Assembly: GCA_047618115.1 (NCBI GenBank)
Contig: JBLHKV010000001.1
Coordinates: 267-64,266 of the forward strand
Direction of reading: 5' to 3'
Origin: Halieaceae bacterium
Lineage (GTDB): Bacteria > Pseudomonadota > Gammaproteobacteria > Pseudomonadales > Halieaceae
DNA length: 64,000 nucleotides
The notes beneath the pieces were generated by a model, which saw only the letters and a list, made by a program, of their open reading frames with translations, was not told the DNA's origin and did not search any database. Shown here piece after piece: positions 35,950-45,204 of the stretch (positions within the stretch are counted from its first letter, which is position 1; each line of letters opens with the position of its first letter). The position numbers and the translations under genes are program-made.

Positions 35950-37176
35950 ATGAATAATAAACACGCTGTGATAGTCGGGGCCAGCCATGCCTCAGCACAG
36001 TTGGCCGGCAGCCTGCGCCAGGGCGGGTGGGACGGTAATATTTCTATTGTCGGTGACGAGGCTATCCCGCCCTACCACCGCCCACCACTGTCCAAAGCCT
36101 ATCTCTCTGGAGAAAAGCACAGTGACGAACTATTAATACGCCCCGCAACATTTTATAAAAAGACGGATATTGACCTAGTGCTGGGAACACGCGTCACTGC
36201 AATCGATCCACAAAAAAAGACGATTGCGCTACATGATGGCGGGAGTATTCCCTACGACAAACTGGCGCTTACCACTGGCGCCCGGGTGCGCAAACTGGAG
36301 CTTCCCGGCCACGAACAGGAAGGTATTTTTTACCTTCGTGATTTGAACAATGTAGATCAGATCAGGACCTTCACCGGCCCGGGTAAGTCAGCGGTGATTA
36401 TTGGCGGCGGCTATATAGGCCTGGAGACCGCCGCGTCAATGAGAAAGCTCGGCATGCAGGTGACAGTACTGGAAGCCATGCCCCGTGTTCTACAACGGGT
36501 CACCGCACCAGAAGTCTCCGCGTTTTACAGCCGAGTGCATGGTGAAGAAGGCGTTAAGATCATTACCGACGCTGCGGTACAGGCTCTGGAGGGGAACGGG
36601 ACAGTAACGGGCGTCGCGCTAGCAGACGGCACCCGTCTGGAGGCTGACATTGTCGTTATTGGTGTCGGCGTTATACCGAACACCGAACTCGCCGAGAGCG
36701 CGGGGCTAGAGGTGGACAACGGTATCGTGGTTGACGAATTCGCTCGCACCTCAGATGCGGATATTGTTGCCGCCGGGGACTGCACTAACCATTTCAATCC
36801 ATTATATGCGCGTCGCCTGCGCCTTGAGTCCGTTCAGAATGCGACGGACCAAGCCAAGACTGCAGCCAATACCTTGTGCGAAAAACTGGAAGCGTACAAC
36901 GCACTACCCTGGTTCTGGTCGGATCAATATGACTTGAAACTGCAAATCGCAGGTCTTTCGCAGGGATTCGACAGCGTAATCATGCGCGGAACGGCCGATA
37001 GCGGGCGCAGCTTCGCAGCGTTTTATTTCAGTGGCGATCAGCTACTGGCGGTCGACGCGGTAAATCGCCCCAAGGAATTCATGTCCGTGCGCCGGGCTCT
37101 CAGCCAGGGTCAGTCCGCCGACCCAGAAATACTGGCCGATGACTCGGCCGATATTCGCCAGGCCTTCACACCATGA
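35950..37176 (+). CDS. FAD-dependent ferredoxin-NAD(P)+ reductase (putidaredoxin-reductase type)
   Basis: Start re-called to the ATG at 35950 (AGGAG at 35940). AVIVGASHASAQLA.., PPYHRPPLSK, second dinucleotide fold AVIIGGGYIGLE. Confidence 0.88.
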   Translation: MNNKHAVIVGASHASAQLAGSLRQGGWDGNISIVGDEAIPPYHRPPLSKAYLSGEKHSDELLIRPATFYKKTDIDLVLGTRVTAIDPQKKTIALHDGGSIPYDKLALTTGARVRKLELPGHEQEGIFYLRDLNNVDQIRTFTGPGKSAVIIGGGYIGLETAASMRKLGMQVTVLEAMPRVLQRVTAPEVSAFYSRVHGEEGVKIITDAAVQALEGNGTVTGVALADGTRLEADIVVIGVGVIPNTELAESAGLEVDNGIVVDEFARTSDADIVAAGDCTNHFNPLYARRLRLESVQNATDQAKTAANTLCEKLEAYNALPWFWSDQYDLKLQIAGLSQGFDSVIMRGTADSGRSFAAFYFSGDQLLAVDAVNRPKEFMSVRRALSQGQSADPEILADDSADIRQAFTP

Positions 37177-37276
37177 TTTTTAATCTGATTGGATGAACTC
37201 CCATGCCATTAATAACATTCATTCAACACGACGCAAACGAGCAGAAAGTGCACGTAAAATTGCCGGAGGGTCAGAT

Positions 37277-39214
37277 ATGACTATTGCCCGAACATTTAGC
37301 GTTTTTCTATCGAGCGCACTGGCTTTTGCCGCGCAAGCGGGCACCTCCAACAACGAGGTCGATCAACACCAAACCGGAACCAAGTATTCCGCACTGCAAC
37401 AAATCAACCGGGGTAATGTTGCCGACCTCGAGTTGGCGTGGGAATACCACACCGGTGAAGTACCCCCGAAAGATACCGCCGACAACCTGATAGCCTTCGA
37501 AGACCAGCCCAGCCTTATTGCAGGCAACCTGATCGTTTGCACAACTTCCCGCCGAATCATCGCGCTGGATCCCGCCACCGGAAAAGAGCGCTGGGCTTTC
37601 GACCCCAGGGACCGCAAGGTCGGCATGCGCAAATGTCGCGGCATCGCCAGTTGGGTTGACAAAGAAGCCCCGACAGGCAGCGACTGCAAAACCCGCATTT
37701 TTCTGGGTACGTCTGACAACCGGCTCGTCGCTATCGATGCCACCAATGGAAAAGCGTGCAGCAGCTTTGGTCAGCAGGGAATGGTCGATATTCCGTTGAG
37801 CAAGCCGGAAATATTTCCCGGCGAAGTTGTAGCCTCATCGCGACCGGCGGTGGTGAACGATGTCGTTGTAGTTGGCTCCGCGGTAGCCGATAACCAGCGA
37901 GTAGATGCACCCAGCGGTAGAGTTTCGGCGTTTGACGCCCGCACGGGCAAAGCAAAGTGGCAGTTCGACCCGCTTCCCCGCGATCCAAACGATCCCGCAG
38001 CGCAGAGCTGGGAGGCAGGAACTGCCGAAGGCTTTGGCGGCGGCAACGCATGGGCTGCCATGGCCGCTGATCAGGCGCTTGATCTTGTCTATCTGCCAAC
38101 GAGTAGTGCCTCGGGAGATTTCTATGGCGAGGGCCGCGCCGGCGACAACCACTACTCAACTTCTGTGGTTGCGTTGAAAGGCGCAACTGGCGAGGTTGCC
38201 TGGCACTATCAACTGGTGCACCACAATGTGTTTGACTACGACATCCCTTCACAACCCCTGCTGATAGACTGGCCGCAGGGCGACGGATTCGTCCCCGCAC
38301 TGGTGCAAAACACCAAGATGGGCTTGGTGTTTGTTTTCAACAGAGAAACCGGTGAGCCGCTGCTGCCAATCGAGGAGCGCGCGGTACCGCAGGTGGGTGT
38401 TGTCGCTGGCGAGAAGCTATCGCCTACCCAACCCTTCCCCGCGAACATGCCGTCACTTATGCCGGAAGGCTTCACTCCCGACGACGCCTGGGGTTTTACC
38501 TTTATCGACGAGTGGTTTTGTGAACGGCAAGTAAAGGAACTCAACTACGGCCCAATCTATACGCCCGTGAGTGAGCGCGGCACTGTATTCTGGCCGTCCG
38601 CCGGCGGCGGGCCCAACTGGGGTGGCGGCGCCTACGACCCGGACAGCCACATCATGGTGGTGCCGTCCAACAGGGTGCCCATGGCGATCACCTTGATTCC
38701 CGCTGGGCAGGCGGCGCCTGTCACCGGCGACACTAATAAAACTGACATTACCAAGGGCTTCAATTTCCCCATTGCGGGTTCGGCCTATCACTACAAAATA
38801 ACCCCGCTGATGTCCCCACTGGGCGCGCCCTGCTCCAAGCCGCCATGGGCAGTTCTCACGGCCCTGGATCTGGTTAAGAGAAAAATTTTGTGGGAAGCGT
38901 CGCTCGGAGATATCGGCAAAATGACCGGGCTGCCGTTCTCACTGGAGTACGGTACACCCGGGGCCGGCGGCCCACTGACGACCGCAGGGGGTTTGGTCTT
39001 TATCGGCTACACACTGGACGACACCTTCCGCGCCTTCGACCTGCACACGGGCGAGGTTTTATGGCAGACGGATTTACCCGCGGCGGGCACCGCTATCCCG
39101 GTCACGTATGAAGTTGCTGGCGAACAGTATGTTGTGATCCCGGCTGGCGGCCACAGCATGTACCAGTCGACTCTGGGCGATTCCGTTATGGCCTACCGAC
39201 TGCGCAAACCCTGA
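37277..39214 (+). CDS. exported PQQ-dependent (quinoprotein) dehydrogenase
   Basis: Start re-called to the ATG at 37277 (GGAGGG upstream; signal peptide MTIARTFSVFLSSALAFAAQA). Repeated propeller motifs: ALDPATGKERWAFD, AFDARTGKAKWQFD, ALKGATGEVAWHY, AFDLHTGEVLWQTD. Confidence 0.85.
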   Translation: MTIARTFSVFLSSALAFAAQAGTSNNEVDQHQTGTKYSALQQINRGNVADLELAWEYHTGEVPPKDTADNLIAFEDQPSLIAGNLIVCTTSRRIIALDPATGKERWAFDPRDRKVGMRKCRGIASWVDKEAPTGSDCKTRIFLGTSDNRLVAIDATNGKACSSFGQQGMVDIPLSKPEIFPGEVVASSRPAVVNDVVVVGSAVADNQRVDAPSGRVSAFDARTGKAKWQFDPLPRDPNDPAAQSWEAGTAEGFGGGNAWAAMAADQALDLVYLPTSSASGDFYGEGRAGDNHYSTSVVALKGATGEVAWHYQLVHHNVFDYDIPSQPLLIDWPQGDGFVPALVQNTKMGLVFVFNRETGEPLLPIEERAVPQVGVVAGEKLSPTQPFPANMPSLMPEGFTPDDAWGFTFIDEWFCERQVKELNYGPIYTPVSERGTVFWPSAGGGPNWGGGAYDPDSHIMVVPSNRVPMAITLIPAGQAAPVTGDTNKTDITKGFNFPIAGSAYHYKITPLMSPLGAPCSKPPWAVLTALDLVKRKILWEASLGDIGKMTGLPFSLEYGTPGAGGPLTTAGGLVFIGYTLDDTFRAFDLHTGEVLWQTDLPAAGTAIPVTYEVAGEQYVVIPAGGHSMYQSTLGDSVMAYRLRKP

Positions 39215-39245
39215 TTTACAAATTAGACAACCGAGACAACCAGCA

Positions 39246-40613
39246 ATGAGCGAAGCCGCTAGTTCTCCAGCCAACATCGCCCCTTATCCGTCACCTGCGG
39301 TAGGCTGGTATGCAACGATTATTCTCGCCCTGCTCTACTGGCTTTCCATTCTGGATCGCTTCATCATTTCGCTGCTGGTTGACCCTATCAAGCGAGACAT
39401 GGGCATTACCGACATACAGTTCAGCCTGCTGCATGGTTTTGCCTTCGCCATTACTTTTTCGCTGTTCGGATTGGTGGCCGGCTCAATGGCAGATCGTTTC
39501 AGTCGACGTTGGGTGATATTTGCCAGCGTGTCTATCTGGTCGCTAGCCACTGCGGCCTGCGGTGTGGCGCAAACGTTCTGGCACTTGTTGCTGGCGCGCG
39601 TTGGCGTAGGCGCCGGTGAAGCAGGATTGAACCCGAGTGCGACTTCCATGCTCGCTGATCTATTCCCACGCGACAAACTGACTTCAGCCACAGCCGTTTA
39701 CACCATCGGTGCCACTGTTGGTTCGGGTACGGCCTACCTCTTCGGCGGCTATATTGTTGATCTGGTTTCACAGGTCGATATCTATACCCTGCCGCTCATC
39801 GGCGAGATTCGCTCCTGGCAGGCCGTGTTTTTTATTGTCGGGGTGCCGGGTGCATTGCTCTCATTTATTATTTTCACGTTCCCAGAACCGGCGCGCAGAA
39901 ACCGCATGGAGGTGACAGACAACGCCAACGGCCGCAGAAGTTTATTCGACTCATACGGTAAGTTGATAACGTTTATGCGCACTCACCCGCGCTTTTTCGC
40001 CTGCCACTACAGCGGGTTTATGTTCGCCTCCTTTATTTTGGTAGGCGGAGCCGCCTGGTATCCTGCGCACATGGCCAGGACTTTCGGCTGGGACGCAGGC
40101 CAAATTGGACTGACCCTTGGCCTCACACTGGTAGCCTCGGGGATTTCCGGAAAACTGATTTGCGGCTATAGCGTAGACGCCATGTATCGTCGCGGCCGTC
40201 GAGATGCCCAACTGCGTTGGTATGCTATCTGTCTGCTCATCGGCGCACCTATAGGCATACTCGCCACCACCAGTGGAAACCCCTGGGTTTTCCTGGCCGG
40301 AACCGGCGTGTTTTTGATCCTCCTGTCGTCGCTGCCAACCTGCTACTCTTCCGCCCTTAACCTCGTTACACCCAACGAACTGCGTGGTGCCGGGATTGCC
40401 TTTTTCTCAGCGACAGCTGGACTTATCGGCATGGCTGTTGGCCCGTTTCTGATCGCGTTCATATCCGATCGCTTTCTGGACGGCCCGTCTAGCATAGGTA
40501 TGGCGATAGCAATCATGATGGCAATATTCTGCCCTCTGGCTGCAGCTATTCTTGGGCTAGGATGTCGCGCGATGCGTGAGGTGGCCGCTGTCGCAGAACA
40601 GAATGATACTTGA
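39246..40613 (+). CDS. MFS transporter
   Basis: 455 aa, about 12 hydrophobic segments. MFS loop motif GSMADRFSRRW. Confidence 0.88.
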   Translation: MSEAASSPANIAPYPSPAVGWYATIILALLYWLSILDRFIISLLVDPIKRDMGITDIQFSLLHGFAFAITFSLFGLVAGSMADRFSRRWVIFASVSIWSLATAACGVAQTFWHLLLARVGVGAGEAGLNPSATSMLADLFPRDKLTSATAVYTIGATVGSGTAYLFGGYIVDLVSQVDIYTLPLIGEIRSWQAVFFIVGVPGALLSFIIFTFPEPARRNRMEVTDNANGRRSLFDSYGKLITFMRTHPRFFACHYSGFMFASFILVGGAAWYPAHMARTFGWDAGQIGLTLGLTLVASGISGKLICGYSVDAMYRRGRRDAQLRWYAICLLIGAPIGILATTSGNPWVFLAGTGVFLILLSSLPTCYSSALNLVTPNELRGAGIAFFSATAGLIGMAVGPFLIAFISDRFLDGPSSIGMAIAIMMAIFCPLAAAILGLGCRAMREVAAVAEQNDT

Positions 40614-40641
40614 GTGCTGCAGGCGAACTTACTCTGCCGGG

Positions 40642-41445
40642 TTAATTGTCGCCGAAGATTTTTTTCGTAGCTTGGTCGATGGCCAGAATCCGGCCACGGC
40701 GAACCGCCGCAGAACTGGGCGCGTAGCCCGCCTCGTCATCTTCTAAGCCCCAGTTGTGGACGGGGCCGTGTGACAGTCGTTCCAGCGCTACCCTTGCTAC
40801 ATCTTCAGGCTTGGCCAAATTTTCCGGAACGGGCTGGCCCATTTTCGCGAGGGTTTCACGAAATGCCGGTGTATCAGTCTGGCCTAGAATCAGATTTAGC
40901 ACATCAACGCCATGCGGCTGTAGCTCTGCCCACAATCCTTCGCCAAAACAAAGACCAAACGCTTTAGTAGCGCAATATACTGTCATGAAGCTGGAACCAC
41001 CGTAGCAGGCACCAGAACCAACCAGAATAATGCCGCCGCGCTTACGGTCACGCATGAGTCCGCCAAGGTGATGACAGCAGCTCACCACAGTCAGTACATT
41101 ACGATTCACCAGCCCAACCCAATCCTCTAACCGGGAGTCGAGAAAACGGGTATTAATGCTGTCCGCCCCGGCATTCGCTATAAAGAGGCCCACTTCCCGG
41201 CCACCAACAACTGTAACTATAGATTCTGTTGCATCGAGGGCGGCCAGATCCATGCTAGCTGTCACACAATCCACTCCATACGTGTTCTTAAGCTCTTGCG
41301 CCAGTACATCCAGCGCCGACAAACGCCGAGAGAGCAAAATACAATGTATACCTTCAGCGGCGACTCTATGCGCAAAAGCCCTTCCGGTACCCTCGGAGGC
41401 ACCGGCTATGAGGGCCCATGGGCCATATTTTTCAGCGCTCTTCAT
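40642..41445 (-). CDS. short-chain dehydrogenase/reductase (SDR)
   Basis: Start re-called to the ATG at 41445 (GGAGAA upstream). WALIAGASEGTGRAFAHRVAAEGIHCILLSRR. Confidence 0.85.
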   Translation of the reverse strand: MKSAEKYGPWALIAGASEGTGRAFAHRVAAEGIHCILLSRRLSALDVLAQELKNTYGVDCVTASMDLAALDATESIVTVVGGREVGLFIANAGADSINTRFLDSRLEDWVGLVNRNVLTVVSCCHHLGGLMRDRKRGGIILVGSGACYGGSSFMTVYCATKAFGLCFGEGLWAELQPHGVDVLNLILGQTDTPAFRETLAKMGQPVPENLAKPEDVARVALERLSHGPVHNWGLEDDEAGYAPSSAAVRRGRILAIDQATKKIFGDN

Positions 41446-41478
41446 AGGGGTTCTCCGGCGCGTACAAAGCAAAAAGTA

Positions 41479-42798
41479 CTACTTAATGCCTTCCTGAGCG
41501 TGATGCGCAAACATTTTCATCAGATCACCTGACACTATTCGACGCTGCCCCTCTGCATCATCCAGCGGCTTTTCACCACCGAAGGATACCGGCGTAGTGT
41601 CTACGCCATCGGCTTTTGCCTTGGCCCGCAACGCACCGACAGTTAAGTCCGCGCGCTTATTGCTTGAAAACGGATCGAAGTTGAACCAGTTCATCGCGTT
41701 ACCGTGGGTAATTTTGTTGATCTGCTTGTCGGTGAGGTGAGTGATCGTCTTCCACAGGTGCTCGGGCACTTCCGGCCAAAGAGTATCCGAATGGGGATAA
41801 TCCGTTTCAAACGCCACCAGATCCTCGTTCATAAACTCGAGATTCTTAAGTCCGTAGGCATCGTCAATAAAACACACCATGAAGTGTTTCTTGAAGATAT
41901 CACTGGGCTTCAAACCCTGGAAATTGCTGTTGGTCCACGCTTTGTGGCGGGCGTGACTGAAATCTGCGCGTTCCATGAAATATGGAATCCAGCCAAGACC
42001 GCACTCGGACAGCGCGATTCTCATGTTCGGATAGCGCTCGAGAGCTGACAGGTTCAGCCAGTCGGCAGCACCGATCGCGCTGGACATAGGCATGGTAGTG
42101 ATCCACGCCTCAATGGGTGTTTCCATTGAGGCGTGCGGTACCGGATTGCCGGCGCCGATATGCAGACACATGGTGATATTGTGATCCGTAATGGCCTTCC
42201 ACATAGGCTCCCAATATTCATTATGGACGCTGGGAAGACCCTGGGAAGTAGGGTTCTCATTGAGGGAAACGGCAGTGCAACCTTTGGCAGCAATGCGCTT
42301 GATCTCCGCTACCGTCGCCTCCATATCCCAGGTTGGCAGAATTGCGCAGGGAATAAATCGGCCGGGATAGGCACCGCACCACTCATCGATGTGCCAGTCG
42401 TTATAGGCGCGCAAATGTATCAGCGATAAACTCTTGTCGGCCGCTTTGTGGAAACGGCCACCATCGAAGCCGACGACTGTGCCAAAATTCAGGGATGCGG
42501 CCACGCCATTCACGTTCATGTCGTCGATACGGGCATCAACGTTATAAACACCCTTTCGCATTTGCTCCAGGGAGTTCGGCTCCATGCCATACTCTTCCAT
42601 CGGGCGACCTACCACCGCGTTGAGGCCGACCGAAGGCATGAACATATCCTGGTAAGTCCAGAACGCCTTGCCGTTCTCATCGGTGCCAAACTTCGGTGCC
42701 GTGGCCAAATCTTTCTTCGACAGGTGCTTGTCAAACATATCCGGCGGCTCGGTAATATGATCATCTACGCTGACAATCACCATGTCGTTCATTTCCAT
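41479..42798 (-). CDS. amidohydrolase-2 (ACMSD-like) superfamily metal-dependent hydrolase/decarboxylase
   Basis: Start probably the ATG at 42798 (GGAGGA 7 nt upstream). VSVDDHITEPPDMF near the N-terminus, ..CLHIG.., ..FETDYPHSD. Confidence 0.8.
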   Translation of the reverse strand: MEMNDMVIVSVDDHITEPPDMFDKHLSKKDLATAPKFGTDENGKAFWTYQDMFMPSVGLNAVVGRPMEEYGMEPNSLEQMRKGVYNVDARIDDMNVNGVAASLNFGTVVGFDGGRFHKAADKSLSLIHLRAYNDWHIDEWCGAYPGRFIPCAILPTWDMEATVAEIKRIAAKGCTAVSLNENPTSQGLPSVHNEYWEPMWKAITDHNITMCLHIGAGNPVPHASMETPIEAWITTMPMSSAIGAADWLNLSALERYPNMRIALSECGLGWIPYFMERADFSHARHKAWTNSNFQGLKPSDIFKKHFMVCFIDDAYGLKNLEFMNEDLVAFETDYPHSDTLWPEVPEHLWKTITHLTDKQINKITHGNAMNWFNFDPFSSNKRADLTVGALRAKAKADGVDTTPVSFGGEKPLDDAEGQRRIVSGDLMKMFAHHAQEGIK

Positions 42799-42868
42799 CC
42801 TGCTATCCTCCGCGGCCACATCGTGCCGTTTTCATTGCTCTAGATATGAGCGGCCCTATAACCGGGCC

Positions 42869-43591
42869 TTACAATGCGATTTCGATCTTTTCGAGCGGTT
42901 GCTCTACCGCTTGACTGAAATCGCGAATTTCACCAACCCGCTGCGCCTGCCTGGCTCGTTCAGGTTGAAACGTATAACAATTAGGGGGCATTGTTGTGGC
43001 GTCAGACTGTTCATCCAATGGTATAGATCGACCGCTCGCCAGAATATTACCCCAGCGCAGTAGCCTCGCAGCCTCGCGCAGCGCTGGATCCAATGACTGT
43101 ATCCATGCCCGCATATCAAACAGGCTGGTGCCTGCCAGTTCATCAGGTTCGATAATACTCAGTTCTGCCTCAACCCAACTGAGTAACACCTCACCTTCCA
43201 TACGCACCTGCGCCCAACGCTTGCCATCGATATGATCTGAAACGAGGATGTCGTAGACGGTGGGCTTGTTATCAAAGACATGGTTTGCCGCCAGTAGGAT
43301 CAGATCATACAAATGCGTACAGTTCGTATTTTTCTCACCGCGGCTTGAAAATTCAGCCAGTGGTAAACCGCTGAAGGTTTCGTGGAGCTTTAATTCTGCA
43401 CCGGGACAGGTGGTCCATGGCGCTCGATGCATCTGTGGCTCAACCGAGGTAGCCATCTCACCGTCGTGGCGCACCAGTACGCTCATGCAGTGAAAATCAT
43501 CTTCAACATCACAGCAAACGCTATCGGGCCCGGGCGTGATGCGGAATCGTCTTCTGAAACCCGGGAGATCGTCGAGTGGTGAGTTCTCCAC
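42869..43591 (-). CDS. DUF2889-like protein
   Basis: FRRRFRITPG..CCDVEDDFHCMSVLVRHDG..QMHRAPWTTCPGA matches my recollection of DUF2889. The track ORF extends to 43768 but overlaps the upstream gene, so I place the start at the in-frame GTG at 43591, 2 nt after that gene's stop. The start is uncertain. Confidence 0.6.
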   Translation of the reverse strand: MENSPLDDLPGFRRRFRITPGPDSVCCDVEDDFHCMSVLVRHDGEMATSVEPQMHRAPWTTCPGAELKLHETFSGLPLAEFSSRGEKNTNCTHLYDLILLAANHVFDNKPTVYDILVSDHIDGKRWAQVRMEGEVLLSWVEAELSIIEPDELAGTSLFDMRAWIQSLDPALREAARLLRWGNILASGRSIPLDEQSDATTMPPNCYTFQPERARQAQRVGEIRDFSQAVEQPLEKIEIAL

Positions 43592-43595
43592 TTTC

Positions 43596-44756
43596 TTAAT
43601 CCCTCGCCAACAACAGGGCTGTTGCCAGTGGCCCGCCGCCGGACGTGGCAACGGCCAAGCGCGGATCACCGGGAATCTGGCGGTCGCCGCCCAGCCCTCG
43701 CAGCTGCACCACAGCTTCATGTGCAAAACCGAAACCGTGTAGCCGACCCCCTCCCAACTGACCGCCAAACGTATTCAGCGGCAGCTCGCCGTCGAGTGCG
43801 ATCCTCTGCCCTCCTTCAATAAACTTGCCGCCTTCTCCGCGTGGGCAGAAGCCCAGTGCTTCCAGCCAGGCGATGGCCTGGAAACTGAAGCCATCGTAAA
43901 GCTGCACCGTATCAACATCCGCAGGTGTGTAGTCTGTTTGCGTCCAGAGATGTTCTCCGGTGGGGTAACAGGCCATCCACTCTGCCTGGTCCCAACTGTG
44001 TCTCTCCACTGCGCCTGCCATCGCGGCAATGCGAACTGGAGTACAGGTGACTTCGTCCACCGCTTCTCCTGCGGACACAATCAGCACAGTAGATGCGTCC
44101 GTATAGCGGTCACAGTCATACAGACAAAGTGGCGATGAGATCATGCGCGCAGACATGTATTCATCCATGCTCAAAGGCTCGCGCACCAGGGCACGCGGGT
44201 TGAGCATCGCATTGGCCCGCCCGGTGAGAGCAATCTGCGCCATCTGTTCGCGGGTTAATCCATATTTTTTGAAGTGGCCCATGGCGTACTGTGCGGTCCA
44301 GTTGGCCGCGGAAATAGCATTGAAAGGGGCTAGCCACTGTGAATATCCGTCCACACGGTCACGCCGCTGCACTGGGTATTCTTCCGGGCGGTCCAGGGCC
44401 GCCGCCTCGTACACGGTGCGGTAACAGATGACATGTCGCGCCTGGCCGGTGCGCACAGCGGCTGCCGCTGCTGTAACCGCACCTAACTGCGAGCTAATCT
44501 CCATACCGCCGGCGTACCAGGTGACGTTAAGTCCCAGAGCGTCAATCAACTCATCGCTACCAACCGGAGAAAAGCCCAGCATTGCTGCGACCCGACCGGG
44601 GTACGTCGAAACCCCGTCGATCTGGTCGATCGTCAGCCCGGATTCGGCCAGCGCTTCTTTCACTGCATCCACGGTGAGCAATAGTGGAGCGCGCTGCACC
44701 TTCCTGCCAACTTCAGACTGTCCAATTCCAGTTATAAAGGCTTCGTTTGCAGTCAT
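43596..44756 (-). CDS. thiolase-fold protein, SCP-x / lipid-transfer-protein (Ltp) type
   Basis: Start re-called to the ATG at 44756 (1 nt after the DUF35 gene stop). MTANEAFITGIGQSEVGRK.. with thiolase-like N- and C-terminal halves. Paired with a DUF35 protein, as in BbsAB- or Ltp2/ChsH2-type systems. Confidence 0.8.
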   Translation of the reverse strand: MTANEAFITGIGQSEVGRKVQRAPLLLTVDAVKEALAESGLTIDQIDGVSTYPGRVAAMLGFSPVGSDELIDALGLNVTWYAGGMEISSQLGAVTAAAAAVRTGQARHVICYRTVYEAAALDRPEEYPVQRRDRVDGYSQWLAPFNAISAANWTAQYAMGHFKKYGLTREQMAQIALTGRANAMLNPRALVREPLSMDEYMSARMISSPLCLYDCDRYTDASTVLIVSAGEAVDEVTCTPVRIAAMAGAVERHSWDQAEWMACYPTGEHLWTQTDYTPADVDTVQLYDGFSFQAIAWLEALGFCPRGEGGKFIEGGQRIALDGELPLNTFGGQLGGGRLHGFGFAHEAVVQLRGLGGDRQIPGDPRLAVATSGGGPLATALLLARD

Positions 44757-44757
44757 A

Positions 44758-45162
44758 TCAAGTGATTCTTTCAAACAGGGGCAGATAGATGTCGTCATGC
44801 TGCTCAAAGGTCACGCGAACCCTGTCGCCTACATCAACCTCTTCAGCCGGACAGCCAACAATATTTGTGGTGAGAAATACACCGGGTACACCATCGAGTG
44901 TTACACGTGCGATAACAAAGGGAACGTCCATTCCCGGGCGCCATTGCTGATAATTGAGCGTGAAAGTTTCTACCGCACCAGTACCGGCTACCACTTCAGG
45001 AGCGACATTTTCTGAAAGACAGTTGCGGCAAATCGGCCGCGGAGGGTGGATAAACGCCTCGCAATCGCGGCAACGCATAATGCGCAGTTCGTTGTCTGCT
45101 CCCCCCGTCCAGAACGCACGGTTATCGGCATCGAGTCTTGGTAAAGCTCGTGTCACCGTCAT
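44758..45162 (-). CDS. DUF35 OB-fold / zinc-ribbon acyl-CoA-associated protein
   Basis: 134 aa. Rubredoxin-like CRDC..x11..CRNC, followed by an OB-fold-like segment. Confidence 0.85.
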   Translation of the reverse strand: MTVTRALPRLDADNRAFWTGGADNELRIMRCRDCEAFIHPPRPICRNCLSENVAPEVVAGTGAVETFTLNYQQWRPGMDVPFVIARVTLDGVPGVFLTTNIVGCPAEEVDVGDRVRVTFEQHDDIYLPLFERIT

Positions 45163-45204
45163 TTTATTCCACCCTCCGGGGCCCGCTTTATTTCCTCGCA
45201 GCCG

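Noticed and set aside
37731-38300. Antisense ORFs inside the PQQ dehydrogenase gene (37731..38300 and 37363..37746, minus strand). Similar antisense ORFs lie inside the ACAD, sulfatase and ligase genes
   Set aside because: They are Arg/Ser/Pro-rich translations lying entirely within well-supported genes on the opposite strand. These are typical shadow ORFs.
42869-43768. Full track ORF 42869..43768 (299 aa) as the DUF2889 gene
   Set aside because: The first ~59 codons overlap the 3' end of the thiolase-fold gene in another frame and are Trp/Cys/Arg-rich with no homology-like features. The start was moved to the in-frame GTG at 43591.
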